A stretch of DNA of 24,690 bases from a virus (taxonomy: Duplodnaviria > Caudoviricetes), in the IMG/VR virus record IMGVR_UViG_3300005764_000083, positions 1 through 24,690 of that record; one strand, written 5' to 3'. Below the pieces are notes generated by a model, which saw nothing but the letters and a program-made list of their open reading frames with translations, searched no databases and was not told the DNA's origin. Below, piece after piece: positions 15,324 to 23,375 of the stretch (within the stretch, counting starts at the first letter, position 1; each line of letters opens with the position of its first letter). The position numbers and the translations under genes are program-made.

Positions 15324-18011
15324 ATGGGCGACTCACCCGTTTTTGACACGCTCAAGAACGTCGCCGGCTACGGTGTCGGCACGCTCGCGGCGCTCACCAC
15401 GATTAAGTCGGGCGGGCTCGGCAACTACTTAATGAATCGGCAGCGCATGTTGCAGGACCCGAATTTCCGGGCGTCGCTCGAGGGCTCGCCGTTTGCGGCG
15501 GGCGTGTTTGGCGTGTCGGGCTCGAGGGGTGCGGCACCCGCATTGCCGCAGCTCCCCGCCCCGGGCGGCGTCGCGCCCCCGAGTGACGCCCTCGGGCCGC
15601 CCGCCGCGGGGCAGCCCGCCGCGGCAGCGGGGCCATGGGCCGGTGGCTACGTCTACCCAGGCGTCGGCGGGGCCGGCCCGCCAGCGCCCGGCGTGCAACC
15701 GCAGCTCCCGACGCCGACGGCGCAAAACGTCCCCGGCTACGAGCCCGGCACGCCCCGCATGTGGCACCCGTACTTGTCGCCCTACGCGCCCAAGACCGCG
15801 CTTGAGGAGCAAGGGCTGGCGACGACGGAAATCGGCGTGACGTCGCCCGACCCCACGCAACGCGCACAGTTCAAAATGGCGGGCGGCATCCCGCTCAACG
15901 CGCAAGAACAGGACGCGGCCGTGAGGGCCGCCCAGCGGATGCAAGCCCTCGGCGGCCCGGGCACGGTCGTCAAGCTGGATATCCCGGGCATGACCACCAA
16001 CGTCGGGAGCCCATACAATTTCTCGGCGGTTACGTCGGAAGAGTATCCGACGTATGCCTCGGCAGCAGCCGCCGCCGCGGCACGCAATGCGAATATCCCG
16101 GCCGGGAATCCGCAGTGGCAAGTCGTGCCCTCGGGCCGCGGCACGTTCTTGCTCTCGCAGCCCGCGACGCAACAGCAAGTGACGCCGCCGGCGCAACCGC
16201 CCAACGTGCAACAGGCCGGCGCACCGCCCGCGACCCCGCCAGCCACCGCGCCGCGGCCGCCGGCGACACCACCCGCGCGCCCGCCGACGCCACCACCGCA
16301 GCCCGGGCCATACGCGGGCGGCTATGCCTATCCGCAGACCCCGCCGCAGCAGCCCGCGCCGCCACCGGCCGCACCACCTCCGCCACCGCCCGCCGCCGCC
16401 GCACCGCCACCGGCGCCACCACCGCCGCCCCCGTCGTCGCCATTCGACCGCGACGCCATCGTGCCGCATGTCGAGCTCGAAAGCGCCGCCCCACCACCCG
16501 CCGCTGCGCCAACTCCCGCGGCAGCAAACGTTCCGATCTATCCCGCCCCGCAAGGGTTTGTGTTCCACCATTCCGGCGGCACGACGCTCGCAGGATTGCG
16601 CGCGACGCTGCAAGACCGCGGCCTCGGCTCCGAATATCTCATGGACCGAGACGGAACGATTTACGCCTATGGCGCGCCCGGGTCGCCGCACATGCAGCCC
16701 AACGACCGCTGGGGCGGCATCGCGCCCGGGCTCTCGAATCGCAACGCGCTCGGGATGGAGCTCGTGGCCCGCGACAACAACGACGTGACGCCCGCGCAAA
16801 TCGCCTCCGCCCGGAACTTCATTGCGACCAACTACCCGAATACGCCCGTCTACGGGCACGGCGAAGTCAACCCCGGGCACAAGCAAGCAGATGAGGGGAT
16901 GGCGCCCGTGAACGCGATTCGGAGCGACCGCGCTGCCCCCGTCCAGCTCGCAGCGGCCGCGCCGGCGGAGGACCGCACCATCGCGTTTCCGTCGGCCGGG
17001 TTTGTCGATACGGGACCGACCGCCCCGCAGCTCAACATTCCCACCGTGCCGCAACCGCCCGTCGTACAGTCGCCGACGCCCCCTCCGCTGCCACCACCCC
17101 GGCCGGCCGCGACGGGGCCGACCGTGCTGACGGGGCCGCAGAATTATCCGCCCGGGCAACAAATGCCTATGACGGGCGAGACCCGCCGCACGGCCGAGGG
17201 CGAGCAAACCTTCCGCGCACCCGACGCGAGCAACGCCGATGTGCGCGCGAATCTCACGTGGAACGGGATTACCAACCTCGATACCGCAAACCAGCAACAG
17301 GTGTGGAATTACTGGCAAACGCAGCGCTACCTTGACCGGCAAAAGCTGACGGATACGGCGGAGATTCAACGCACGCAAAAGGCCATGCTCGAGGGTGGCG
17401 GCCCGGGGTATCTGGCGCTCACGACCACACGCGACAATCTCAATAAATTTCTGACCGATTTCCCCGACGCGGCGACCCGCTCGCACTATCTTGGGCTCCT
17501 CCGCCACGGGGGCCAAGAGCTCAAGCAGGTCTGGGCCGCTGACCCGGCCGTGGCGCGCTTCAATAGCGACCTCGCGTTACTGGGCGTCCCGGTCGAGGGT
17601 GGCTCATGGATCGGGGAAAAACTCGGGCTCCCGAGCGGGAGCTCCCTCATGCCGAGCGAGCGTACGGCCCTCAAGAGTGTGCTCCCAAGCGCGTGGCAGG
17701 AGCCAGCAACCTTCGAGCAAAACTTACAAAACTATCGTGACAGCATCGACAGTTCAATTCAGTTGCGGGATTTCCTCGCCGGGCGCACCGTCGGCTCCAC
17801 AAGCAGCAAAGACGTAGACGCCTATCTCCAAAACATGAATGATGAGCGGAAACAGCGTCGGCTCGATTCCTTCCAAACGACGCAGCCCCCGAGCGCCACG
17901 CCACCCACGACGACACCCCCAAGTACAACGCCACCGACCACCACGCCGCCGGCCGCGTCCCCGCCCGGCGCGCCCGCATGGTCGCCGACGGCCACCTGGA
18001 CGATTCAATAG
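15324..18011 (+). CDS. Probable DNA ejection protein 3 with an internal N-acetylmuramoyl-L-alanine amidase (Amidase_2-like) domain and Pro-rich linkers
   Basis: 895 aa. FVFHHSGG, YLMDRDGTIY, NRNALGMEL, TPAQIAS and VYGHGEV occur in Amidase_2/PGRP motif order (about 16530-16900). Confidence 0.8.
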   Translation: MGDSPVFDTLKNVAGYGVGTLAALTTIKSGGLGNYLMNRQRMLQDPNFRASLEGSPFAAGVFGVSGSRGAAPALPQLPAPGGVAPPSDALGPPAAGQPAAAAGPWAGGYVYPGVGGAGPPAPGVQPQLPTPTAQNVPGYEPGTPRMWHPYLSPYAPKTALEEQGLATTEIGVTSPDPTQRAQFKMAGGIPLNAQEQDAAVRAAQRMQALGGPGTVVKLDIPGMTTNVGSPYNFSAVTSEEYPTYASAAAAAAARNANIPAGNPQWQVVPSGRGTFLLSQPATQQQVTPPAQPPNVQQAGAPPATPPATAPRPPATPPARPPTPPPQPGPYAGGYAYPQTPPQQPAPPPAAPPPPPPAAAAPPPAPPPPPPSSPFDRDAIVPHVELESAAPPPAAAPTPAAANVPIYPAPQGFVFHHSGGTTLAGLRATLQDRGLGSEYLMDRDGTIYAYGAPGSPHMQPNDRWGGIAPGLSNRNALGMELVARDNNDVTPAQIASARNFIATNYPNTPVYGHGEVNPGHKQADEGMAPVNAIRSDRAAPVQLAAAAPAEDRTIAFPSAGFVDTGPTAPQLNIPTVPQPPVVQSPTPPPLPPPRPAATGPTVLTGPQNYPPGQQMPMTGETRRTAEGEQTFRAPDASNADVRANLTWNGITNLDTANQQQVWNYWQTQRYLDRQKLTDTAEIQRTQKAMLEGGGPGYLALTTTRDNLNKFLTDFPDAATRSHYLGLLRHGGQELKQVWAADPAVARFNSDLALLGVPVEGGSWIGEKLGLPSGSSLMPSERTALKSVLPSAWQEPATFEQNLQNYRDSIDSSIQLRDFLAGRTVGSTSSKDVDAYLQNMNDERKQRRLDSFQTTQPPSATPPTTTPPSTTPPTTTPPAASPPGAPAWSPTATWTIQ

Positions 18012-18020
18012 GCCACGCCC

Positions 18021-19607
18021 ATGGCCGTCCAGTTTTCCTACATGCAGCAAAATCCCGACGGCTCCGTCAGCACGCAAGGGGGGGTCGCCGACCGCGCGCC
18101 GACGTGGGGCGAGCTGCAAGACCATGTCGCCTCGACGGGCGCTACGCTGCTGCCCGCGACGCCCGCCGCGCCATCCGTGTCGCGCCAGCCACCCGACGCC
18201 GCGCCCCCGCCCGAGGCCGCCGCGTCGCCCGCGCCCGCGTGGGCGCCGACGCGTGGGGAGCAAGCTGCGGCGAGCGCCGCGCAAGCGGTCGAGCAAGCGA
18301 TGCCCGCGCGACCGACGGCGCGCTATCTCGTGCCGTCCAGCTTGGCGACCGCCGGTGCACTCGCGCTCCCCGCCGTCGCGACGATGTTTCTCGGGCCGCT
18401 CGGGCCGTTTGCACAAGCCGGGTTAGCCGCGCTCGGGGCCGGCCTCGGCGGTGGCGCGGGCGAGTACGGGCAAGCAAAAGGCGAGGAATACCTCTACGGG
18501 CCGCCGCCGCCCGGGTCCCCGACGCCATTCGAACGCGCGGTCACCTTTGCCAACACGGTGGCGCCCGTCGAGGCCGGCGTGCAAGTCGCGACCCCGCTCG
18601 TGCTCCCGGCCGCGCGGAAGATTGCGGCGCCCCTTGGGAGCGAGGCGGTCTCAGGTGCCGCCAACGCCCCGGTGCTGACCACGGGCGCGTTCGGGGGCGA
18701 GCCCGGCACGATCCGGGCCGGGCAAAGCGCCGCACGCGCCGTCGCGCAGGATATCGAGGCGGGCCACGCGACCACGTCTATCCGGGTCGGGACGGCGGCA
18801 CCCGACGCGCCCATCAATACCGACAGCTTGCCGCCCCTCGTCGCGCAAACGCGGGCGGCACTGGCCCGCCAAGGGGCGACCGACGCCGAGCTCGCCACGT
18901 TTGATAAAAACATGACGCCGATCTCGCAAGGCGGCCCGCAACCGCTCACAAACGTGCTCAGCGCCGAGCGGCACTTGAACACGTGGGCGTCGCGCGTGCC
19001 GAGCGACGCTCAAATCCCCGAGCTGAACACACTGGGGACCAACACGCGCAACGCCATTTCTGCCGGCGTTGAGGGCACGCCCGCGGCGCGACCGTGGCAA
19101 CAGTACTTGAGCGACCAAGCCGGTACCGGGCCGACGCGGAGCGTGCTCCACCAAGCGGCCGACGCGGCTCCTGAGCAATTCCAGCCGTGGCTTCACGCCG
19201 AGGGCCAGCAAGGGCTTGACGCCATCGTCAACCAGGGGACCCCCGAGGCCCGCGCCGCCGTCGGGCGTGCGTGGCTCGCCTCCGTGCGGCAAGGGGCGCG
19301 CACCGCCGTCGACCCCGTCAAGTACGTCGGCGATGCCTACGAGGCGCTCCCGGTCAACTATCGCACGGCACTCTTTGGCGACCAATCACCCGACATTGCG
19401 CAGCTCATTAGCGCGGCGCAGAGCTCGCCGAAGTTCTTACTGCCCAAGATCGGCGTCCCGATCGCGCAACCGTGGGCGCGTCAGGTCCTCATGTCGCCGA
19501 CAGCAGCGGCCGTCACTCGCGGGGCGACCGGGCTTGCGACTGGAGCCGGCAGGACGGCGCTCTATACGGCGGCGGCGGAGGCAAACGAGCCGAAGCCCCA
19601 GCCCTAG
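18021..19607 (+). CDS. Probable DNA ejection protein 4 (Ala-rich with hydrophobic Gly-rich segment)
   Basis: Last gene of the + operon. Segment LATAGALALPAVATMFLGPLGPFAQAGLAALGAGLGGGAG is typical of membrane-interacting ejection proteins. Confidence 0.68.
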   Translation: MAVQFSYMQQNPDGSVSTQGGVADRAPTWGELQDHVASTGATLLPATPAAPSVSRQPPDAAPPPEAAASPAPAWAPTRGEQAAASAAQAVEQAMPARPTARYLVPSSLATAGALALPAVATMFLGPLGPFAQAGLAALGAGLGGGAGEYGQAKGEEYLYGPPPPGSPTPFERAVTFANTVAPVEAGVQVATPLVLPAARKIAAPLGSEAVSGAANAPVLTTGAFGGEPGTIRAGQSAARAVAQDIEAGHATTSIRVGTAAPDAPINTDSLPPLVAQTRAALARQGATDAELATFDKNMTPISQGGPQPLTNVLSAERHLNTWASRVPSDAQIPELNTLGTNTRNAISAGVEGTPAARPWQQYLSDQAGTGPTRSVLHQAADAAPEQFQPWLHAEGQQGLDAIVNQGTPEARAAVGRAWLASVRQGARTAVDPVKYVGDAYEALPVNYRTALFGDQSPDIAQLISAAQSSPKFLLPKIGVPIAQPWARQVLMSPTAAAVTRGATGLATGAGRTALYTAAAEANEPKPQP

Positions 19608-19812
19608 GCAACGGCCCAAAGTAGCGGCCTCGAGTGCGCAGCCGCTCGCGGTGGCCCTCCTGGAGCCCGTAGACGAGCATGACAAGCGGGCTCAGGAGCA
19701 CGCCCAGCACGAGGAAGGGCACAAAGGCCGCAGCGACGACAGCATAGAGCGCAATCACCGCCGAGTACGCGACGACAAAGGCGGAGACGAGCCAGACAGC
19801 AAGCGCGACCAT
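19513..19812 (-). CDS. Small membrane protein
   Basis: About 48 consecutive uncharged, mostly hydrophobic residues followed by a basic tail. Its 3' end overlaps the convergent gene. Confidence 0.55.
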   Translation of the reverse strand: MVALAVWLVSAFVVAYSAVIALYAVVAAAFVPFLVLGVLLSPLVMLVYGLQEGHRERLRTRGRYFGPLPRAGASARLPPPPPYRAPSCRLQSQARSPRE

Positions 19813-19854
19813 ACCCTCTAGACGCTACCTGTTACGCTAACGGGTCGGCAAGCC

Positions 19855-20010
19855 CTAGGGGCCATCGTGGCGTCGGCGGAAGGCCTCGAGTACCCACGCG
19901 ATGCCCACAACCAAGGCACCCCCCGCCACCACGGCGACGTAGACCAGGCCGACCGCCGCCAAGGCCACGGCGCCCCACGCCACGACGTGGAGCGCGAGGC
20001 CGAGCGTCAC
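19855..20010 (-). CDS. Small membrane protein, 51 aa
   Basis: GTGA overlap with the upstream stop. MTLGLALHVVAWGAVALAAVGLVYVAVVAGGALVVGIAWVLEAFRRRHDGP. Confidence 0.6.
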   Translation of the reverse strand: MTLGLALHVVAWGAVALAAVGLVYVAVVAGGALVVGIAWVLEAFRRRHDGP

Positions 20011-20189
20011 CCGCCCCCGCCTTGGCGGATGCGCCACGCCATGACGCGGCAGCGGGGCGAGCAGTAGCGCGCGGTCGAGCGCTGGGCATGGAAGCGTTGC
20101 CGGCAGCGGGCGCAAAGTTTGGTCGCACCCTGTAACACATTGCATGGCTCCTGTACGCTCCGCGCGACCCGGGGGGCATCCTGACTCAT
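20007..20189 (-). CDS. Small Zn-ribbon protein (CARC...YCSPRC)
   Basis: CxxC-x12-YCSxxC motif common in phage proteins. Coupled on both sides. Confidence 0.7.
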   Translation of the reverse strand: MSQDAPRVARSVQEPCNVLQGATKLCARCRQRFHAQRSTARYCSPRCRVMAWRIRQGGGG

Positions 20190-20416
20190 GCCGCCCCCTG
20201 CGTACGCTTTCTAGCCGTAACTGGGGGCCTTCCCGGGGCACTCTCGTTGCCATCCCGACCCTGGCAGCGCCGCAAATGCGTCTCGAGCGCGTCGGCAACC
20301 CAATCGCGCAGACTGACCTCCTCGTCAATCGCCGCCAGTTTGATGGCGTGGTGGAGCGGGCTCGGGATGCGCGTCGCGAGCTGGACGCGGTCGGCGTCGA
20401 ATTCGACTCGAGGCAT
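20186..20416 (-). CDS. Ribbon-helix-helix DNA-binding protein
   Basis: RBS AAGGAG. VQLATRIPSPLHHAIKLAAIDEEVSLRDWVADAL fits the RHH pattern. Confidence 0.78.
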   Translation of the reverse strand: MPRVEFDADRVQLATRIPSPLHHAIKLAAIDEEVSLRDWVADALETHLRRCQGRDGNESAPGRPPVTARKRTQGAA

Positions 20417-20936
20417 GGGCGGCTCCTTCCGTGCGGGTCGCCGCGACGTACGCGGCGAGCAAGAGGGCCTCGGCGGGGCCCTCGTCGGCGGGCGCAATCG
20501 CCCCGACGAAGGGAAAGCGCTCTTGCGCCCGGAGCCGCGAGGCGTGTTTGTCGGCGCCGAGGAGCCCGGCGTGCGCTTTCCAGGCTTGCGGCGTGACTAC
20601 GTGATACGCGACCCGGGCCGAGACGAGGAGCCCGAGCCACAAGCCAAAGCCGACGCCCGTGCGATAGCTCGAGGCGACCCCTTGCCCGGGCCGGGCCCCT
20701 TGCGCCTCGAGGCCGACGGCGACGGCATGCAGCGGCACGGGCCGGCCGTCGATGGTGCGGGCGAGGAGCTCGCGCATGGCCGCCGGGTCGTAGTCGAGGC
20801 GCCGTTTGCGGTTGCGCACGACCTCGACCCGGGGCGTTTGGTAGAGCTCGGCGGCAAAGGCTTGCCCGTGCTCGTCGAGATCTAAGACCGCAAGGCCGCC
20901 GAGGGCGCCCGGGTCGATACCGAGAACCCGCCTCAT
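20325..20936 (-). CDS. RuvC-like Holliday junction resolvase
   Basis: VLGIDPG, GLE, VTPQAWK and DEGPAEALLLA match phage RuvC-like acidic motifs. Confidence 0.85.
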   Translation of the reverse strand: MRRVLGIDPGALGGLAVLDLDEHGQAFAAELYQTPRVEVVRNRKRRLDYDPAAMRELLARTIDGRPVPLHAVAVGLEAQGARPGQGVASSYRTGVGFGLWLGLLVSARVAYHVVTPQAWKAHAGLLGADKHASRLRAQERFPFVGAIAPADEGPAEALLLAAYVAATRTEGAAHASSRIRRRPRPARDAHPEPAPPRHQTGGD

Positions 20937-21079
20937 GGGCGGCCGTAGCGCGGGCAGATAAGCGCATGGCGCCACCACCGCCCGCACCGCCCGCAATAGA
21001 GCCCGAGGAGGACGGCGAGGGCCCGCCACCGCGGCGGGCGGCGGAGCTCGACCAGCACGACCGGCCGTGAGCCGTTCAC
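20933..21079 (-). CDS. Small Cys/His-containing hypothetical protein, 48 aa
   Basis: GTGA and ATGA coupling. Contains YCGRCGRWWRHALIC. Confidence 0.55.
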   Translation of the reverse strand: MNGSRPVVLVELRRPPRWRALAVLLGLYCGRCGRWWRHALICPRYGRP

Positions 21080-21594
21080 GAGCATATGCGCCGCTGGCCT
21101 CGCCGGGCGAGAGCCCACTCGATAAGCCGTTTCTCGGCCGCCTTCGTGAGCGGCTCCCCGCCCGCGAGCCAGTCTTGCCACAGCGCCTCTCGCTGCGTCA
21201 CGGTGCCGCCCCAACCCTCCCGCCGCCGGGCCGCCTTCCATGCCGCCTCGAATGTCGGCCGGGCGCTCCCATGGTCGGCGTCGGTATCGCGCCACGGGCC
21301 GAGCGCGGTCACGACCGCTTGCCGCACGCGCTCGAGGGCGACGTCGGACAGCGGGGCGTCGGCCGCCGTCACGGTGCCGCCGGCCCGTTGCCGCAGCTCG
21401 GCGGGGGTCGGAAAGCGCGTCCCCGCCTCCGCCGTCTTGACGAGCCGGTGGAGCGCCCGCAGCAGCGCCCCGAGCTCGAGGTCGTGAAGCGCCCGGAAGT
21501 AGGCCTCGATCACGTCGTCAGCGAAGCGGCGGCCCAGCACCGCCGAGGCGGCGCGGAGCTCGGTGGCAAAGCTGGGGAGATCTTCGGCCGTCAT
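21076..21594 (-). CDS. Replicative helicase loader/inhibitor-like protein
   Basis: ATGA overlap with the initiator and RBS GAGGAGG. YFRALHDL...FPTPAELR resembles proteins found after phage initiators. Confidence 0.62.
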   Translation of the reverse strand: MTAEDLPSFATELRAASAVLGRRFADDVIEAYFRALHDLELGALLRALHRLVKTAEAGTRFPTPAELRQRAGGTVTAADAPLSDVALERVRQAVVTALGPWRDTDADHGSARPTFEAAWKAARRREGWGGTVTQREALWQDWLAGGEPLTKAAEKRLIEWALARRGQRRICS

Positions 21595-22364
21595 TGTGCC
21601 GCCTCCTCGGCTTTGAAGCGGGCCACCATCGCGGCCATGGGGTCGGGGGGGCGCTCGTCTTCCCAGCGCCGGCCATTCAGGTACGTCGCCGGATAGGGAA
21701 CATATGCGCCGTCGTCTTTGCGCCAGTCGGGTAGCTCGCGCTGCCACGCGAGCGCCTCGAGGATCGCCCTGAGGGGCGGCGGGCGCAGCTTCGCCCACGC
21801 TTTGCGTGCGCGTTGCTTGTCGCATTTGCGCGGATACGCATCCCAGAATTCGTCAAACTCATGCGTGAGTGCGCACTGCGCACTGCGCAGCGGTGCGCAA
21901 GCGAGCGAAGCGAGCGTTAGTTCTTGAGGTACGGGTACGGGTACGGGTACGGGAACGCCCGTTACAGTCGCGTTAGTAACGGCGTTACGTGCGCGTTTCC
22001 GGTGTCGCGCAACCCGGAGGCGCCGCCGCTCACGCTCTGCGAGCACGTCGGCCCGCGTGCGGTTGTAGTCAAGGAAATCATGCAGTTCCCATGAGACACC
22101 ATGGTCGTGCCAGAGGCCAATCCGCACGAGGTCCTCGGCGACGTCGCTTGTGGATAACCCGTGCCGCACGCGCCCGGGGGTCGCCTCGCTCACGCGCAGG
22201 CTCCCGAGGTCGAGGAGCTGCGTCACCCGGCGCTTGGGGATAAACCCGTCAGTGAGGTTGCGGGCGCACCACGTAATCGCCGCGACATGGAGCGCAAACC
22301 CCAAGGGGCCCGCCGCGATGATTTTCGGGTTGTCCAAGATGGCGTCATCCAACCGCGCCCACAT
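21591..22364 (-). CDS. Phage replication initiator protein
   Basis: RBS GGAGG before ATG 22364. WARLDD...NPK and NLTDGFIP N-domain, low-complexity linker, C-domain FDEFWDAYPRK...YPATYLNGRRWEDE. Confidence 0.85.
   Translation of the reverse strand: MWARLDDAILDNPKIIAAGPLGFALHVAAITWCARNLTDGFIPKRRVTQLLDLGSLRVSEATPGRVRHGLSTSDVAEDLVRIGLWHDHGVSWELHDFLDYNRTRADVLAERERRRLRVARHRKRARNAVTNATVTGVPVPVPVPVPQELTLASLACAPLRSAQCALTHEFDEFWDAYPRKCDKQRARKAWAKLRPPPLRAILEALAWQRELPDWRKDDGAYVPYPATYLNGRRWEDERPPDPMAAMVARFKAEEAAQ
21870..21990. repeat. Short-repeat cluster in the initiator linker (candidate replication origin)
   Basis: TGCGCA x4 (21870-21899), GGTACG x4 (21928-21951), several GTTAC/GTAAC. Lambdoid-type origins lie inside the initiator gene. 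Confidence 0.45.
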
Positions 22365-22415
22365 GGCCGCCGCCTCCGCGTCATAGGGATCACTTCCGAC
22401 CCGTGTTTCGGACAA

Positions 22416-22442
22416 TCCTGCAACCACGCTGCAACCACGAGG
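22416..22442 (+). repeat. Integrase arm-type site pair, left of the core
   Basis: TCCTGCAACCACGCTGCAACCACGAGG, 26/27 identical to 22665-22691. Confidence 0.7.
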
Positions 22443-22560
22443 GCGCCGAGCCGTGCGGCTCGGGCCGGGGCGGCGCCGGTTACCGGGGGCGGGTCGTGAG
22501 CAATGCCGCGCATTTAGCGACCCGCACCCGCCGGCTCGGCCGAGCCGGTCGGGCCTCGCA

Positions 22561-22609
22561 CTGACTCTTAATCAGCGGGTCGGAGGTTCGATCCCTCCGC
22601 GGCCCACTA
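22561..22609 (+). other. attP core: 3' half of tRNA-Lys(CTT)
   Basis: Anticodon arm CTGA-CTCTTAA-TCAG, T arm GGAGG-TTCGATC-CCTCC, acceptor 3' strand GCGGCCC-A, then CTA rather than CCA. No D arm or properly placed 5' acceptor strand upstream. Lies downstream of int. Confidence 0.88.
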
Positions 22610-22628
22610 ACGAATCCGAGGGCTTGCG

Positions 22629-22826
22629 TCATGCCCGACCCCGCCGGCGGCCCGTTTTAGCGTTTCCTGCAACCACGCTGCAACCATGAGGCTCGAGCCG
22701 CGCGCCGCAGCGGCCGCAGCGGCCCCGCCACGGCGGCATCCGATGCCACCCAAGCAGACACCGTAGGATCGTGCGCCAGCGCAGGCCCCACCGGCGCATG
22801 GTCTGTACGCTCGCGCGGCCTTTCAT
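22629..22826 (-). CDS. Small Cys/His protein (LRCLLGWH...CGRCG, DUF1660-like pattern)
   Basis: ATGA coupling. C-x3-G-x-H...CxxC motif. Ends in TGRRRGRA. Confidence 0.55.
   Translation of the reverse strand: MKGRASVQTMRRWGLRWRTILRCLLGWHRMPPWRGRCGRCGARLEPHGCSVVAGNAKTGRRRGRA
22665..22691 (+). repeat. Integrase arm-type site pair, right of the core
   Basis: TCCTGCAACCACGCTGCAACCATGAGG, a direct repeat of 22416-22442. Confidence 0.7.
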
Positions 22827-23017
22827 GCCCGCCCCCGTCGGCCCTTGGTTGCAGGGATGGTTGCAAGGGGCGTGCTCGTGCGGTGCGCCTCGGCGAGCCG
22901 CTCGAGGCTCACGCCGAGCCGCGTCGCGCAGGCCCTATGCTTGTGGCACGAGCAACACATGCCGCCCTCGCCACGTTTCCGACAGCGGCAATTCGCGCCG
23001 CAAATTGGGCAAGCCAT
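22823..23017 (-). CDS. Small Cys-rich protein, 64 aa
   Basis: CPICGANCRC...CCSCHKHRAC (8 Cys). Coupled at both ends. Ends in ATIPATKGRRGRA. Confidence 0.6.
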   Translation of the reverse strand: MACPICGANCRCRKRGEGGMCCSCHKHRACATRLGVSLERLAEAHRTSTPLATIPATKGRRGRA

Positions 23018-23058
23018 TACGCCCTCGCCCGTCGGCCCTTGGTTGCAGGGTTGGTCAT
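23017..23058 (-). CDS. 13-codon minigene MTNPATKGRRARA
   Basis: Its ATG overlaps the upstream stop (ATGA) and its TAA overlaps the downstream ATG (TAATG). It consists entirely of one repeat copy. Confidence 0.4.
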   Translation of the reverse strand: MTNPATKGRRARA

Positions 23059-23375
23059 TCGTTGCTCCACGGCTCGGCGTCGAAGGCGGCGAGCAACTTG
23101 GTCTCCCCGGGGGTCATTTTCCCAACCGGCATCACGGAGCGAAACGCGGCCGCGAGCCGCCGCGCCAGCGCCCGCGCCTCGTCGCGCTCACGGATGGCAT
23201 CGCCGAGTTGCGCCCGGAGATTCATGACCAGCGGATGATATTCCGTGTCTGCAGTGGGGTCGTACCGTGCAAGTTTCGCCCGCGCCTCGTCGCGTTCGCG
23301 CCGGGCCGTGACGACCTCCGCCGTTAGGCGCCAAATATCGTGGAGGTCGCGATCTTCCTGTTGCCGATCGCTCAT
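23055..23375 (-). CDS. Hypothetical coiled-coil protein, 106 aa
   Basis: ATGA overlap with the int stop. Twice-repeated RERDEARA heptad motif common in small phage proteins. Confidence 0.72.
   Translation of the reverse strand: MSDRQQEDRDLHDIWRLTAEVVTARRERDEARAKLARYDPTADTEYHPLVMNLRAQLGDAIRERDEARALARRLAAAFRSVMPVGKMTPGETKLLAAFDAEPWSNE

Noticed and set aside
689-19385. Long antisense and alternative-frame ORFs (e.g. 1988-3625, 6106-7470, 15429-17516)
   Set aside because: Arg/Gly/Ala-rich shadows of real + strand genes, expected at this GC content. No motifs or coupling.
19608-19854. Intrinsic terminator at the convergence of the two operons
   Set aside because: No convincing hairpin followed by a T run was found on either strand.
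12083-21594. Two proteins both beginning MTAEDL (12083 + and 21594 -)
   Set aside because: Similarity stops after six residues and the genes belong to unrelated modules. Most likely coincidence.
22501-22609. Complete tRNA-Lys gene
   Set aside because: Only the anticodon arm, T arm and 3' acceptor strand are present. No D arm, the first anticodon-stem pair is broken, and it ends in CTA, so it is treated as an att core.
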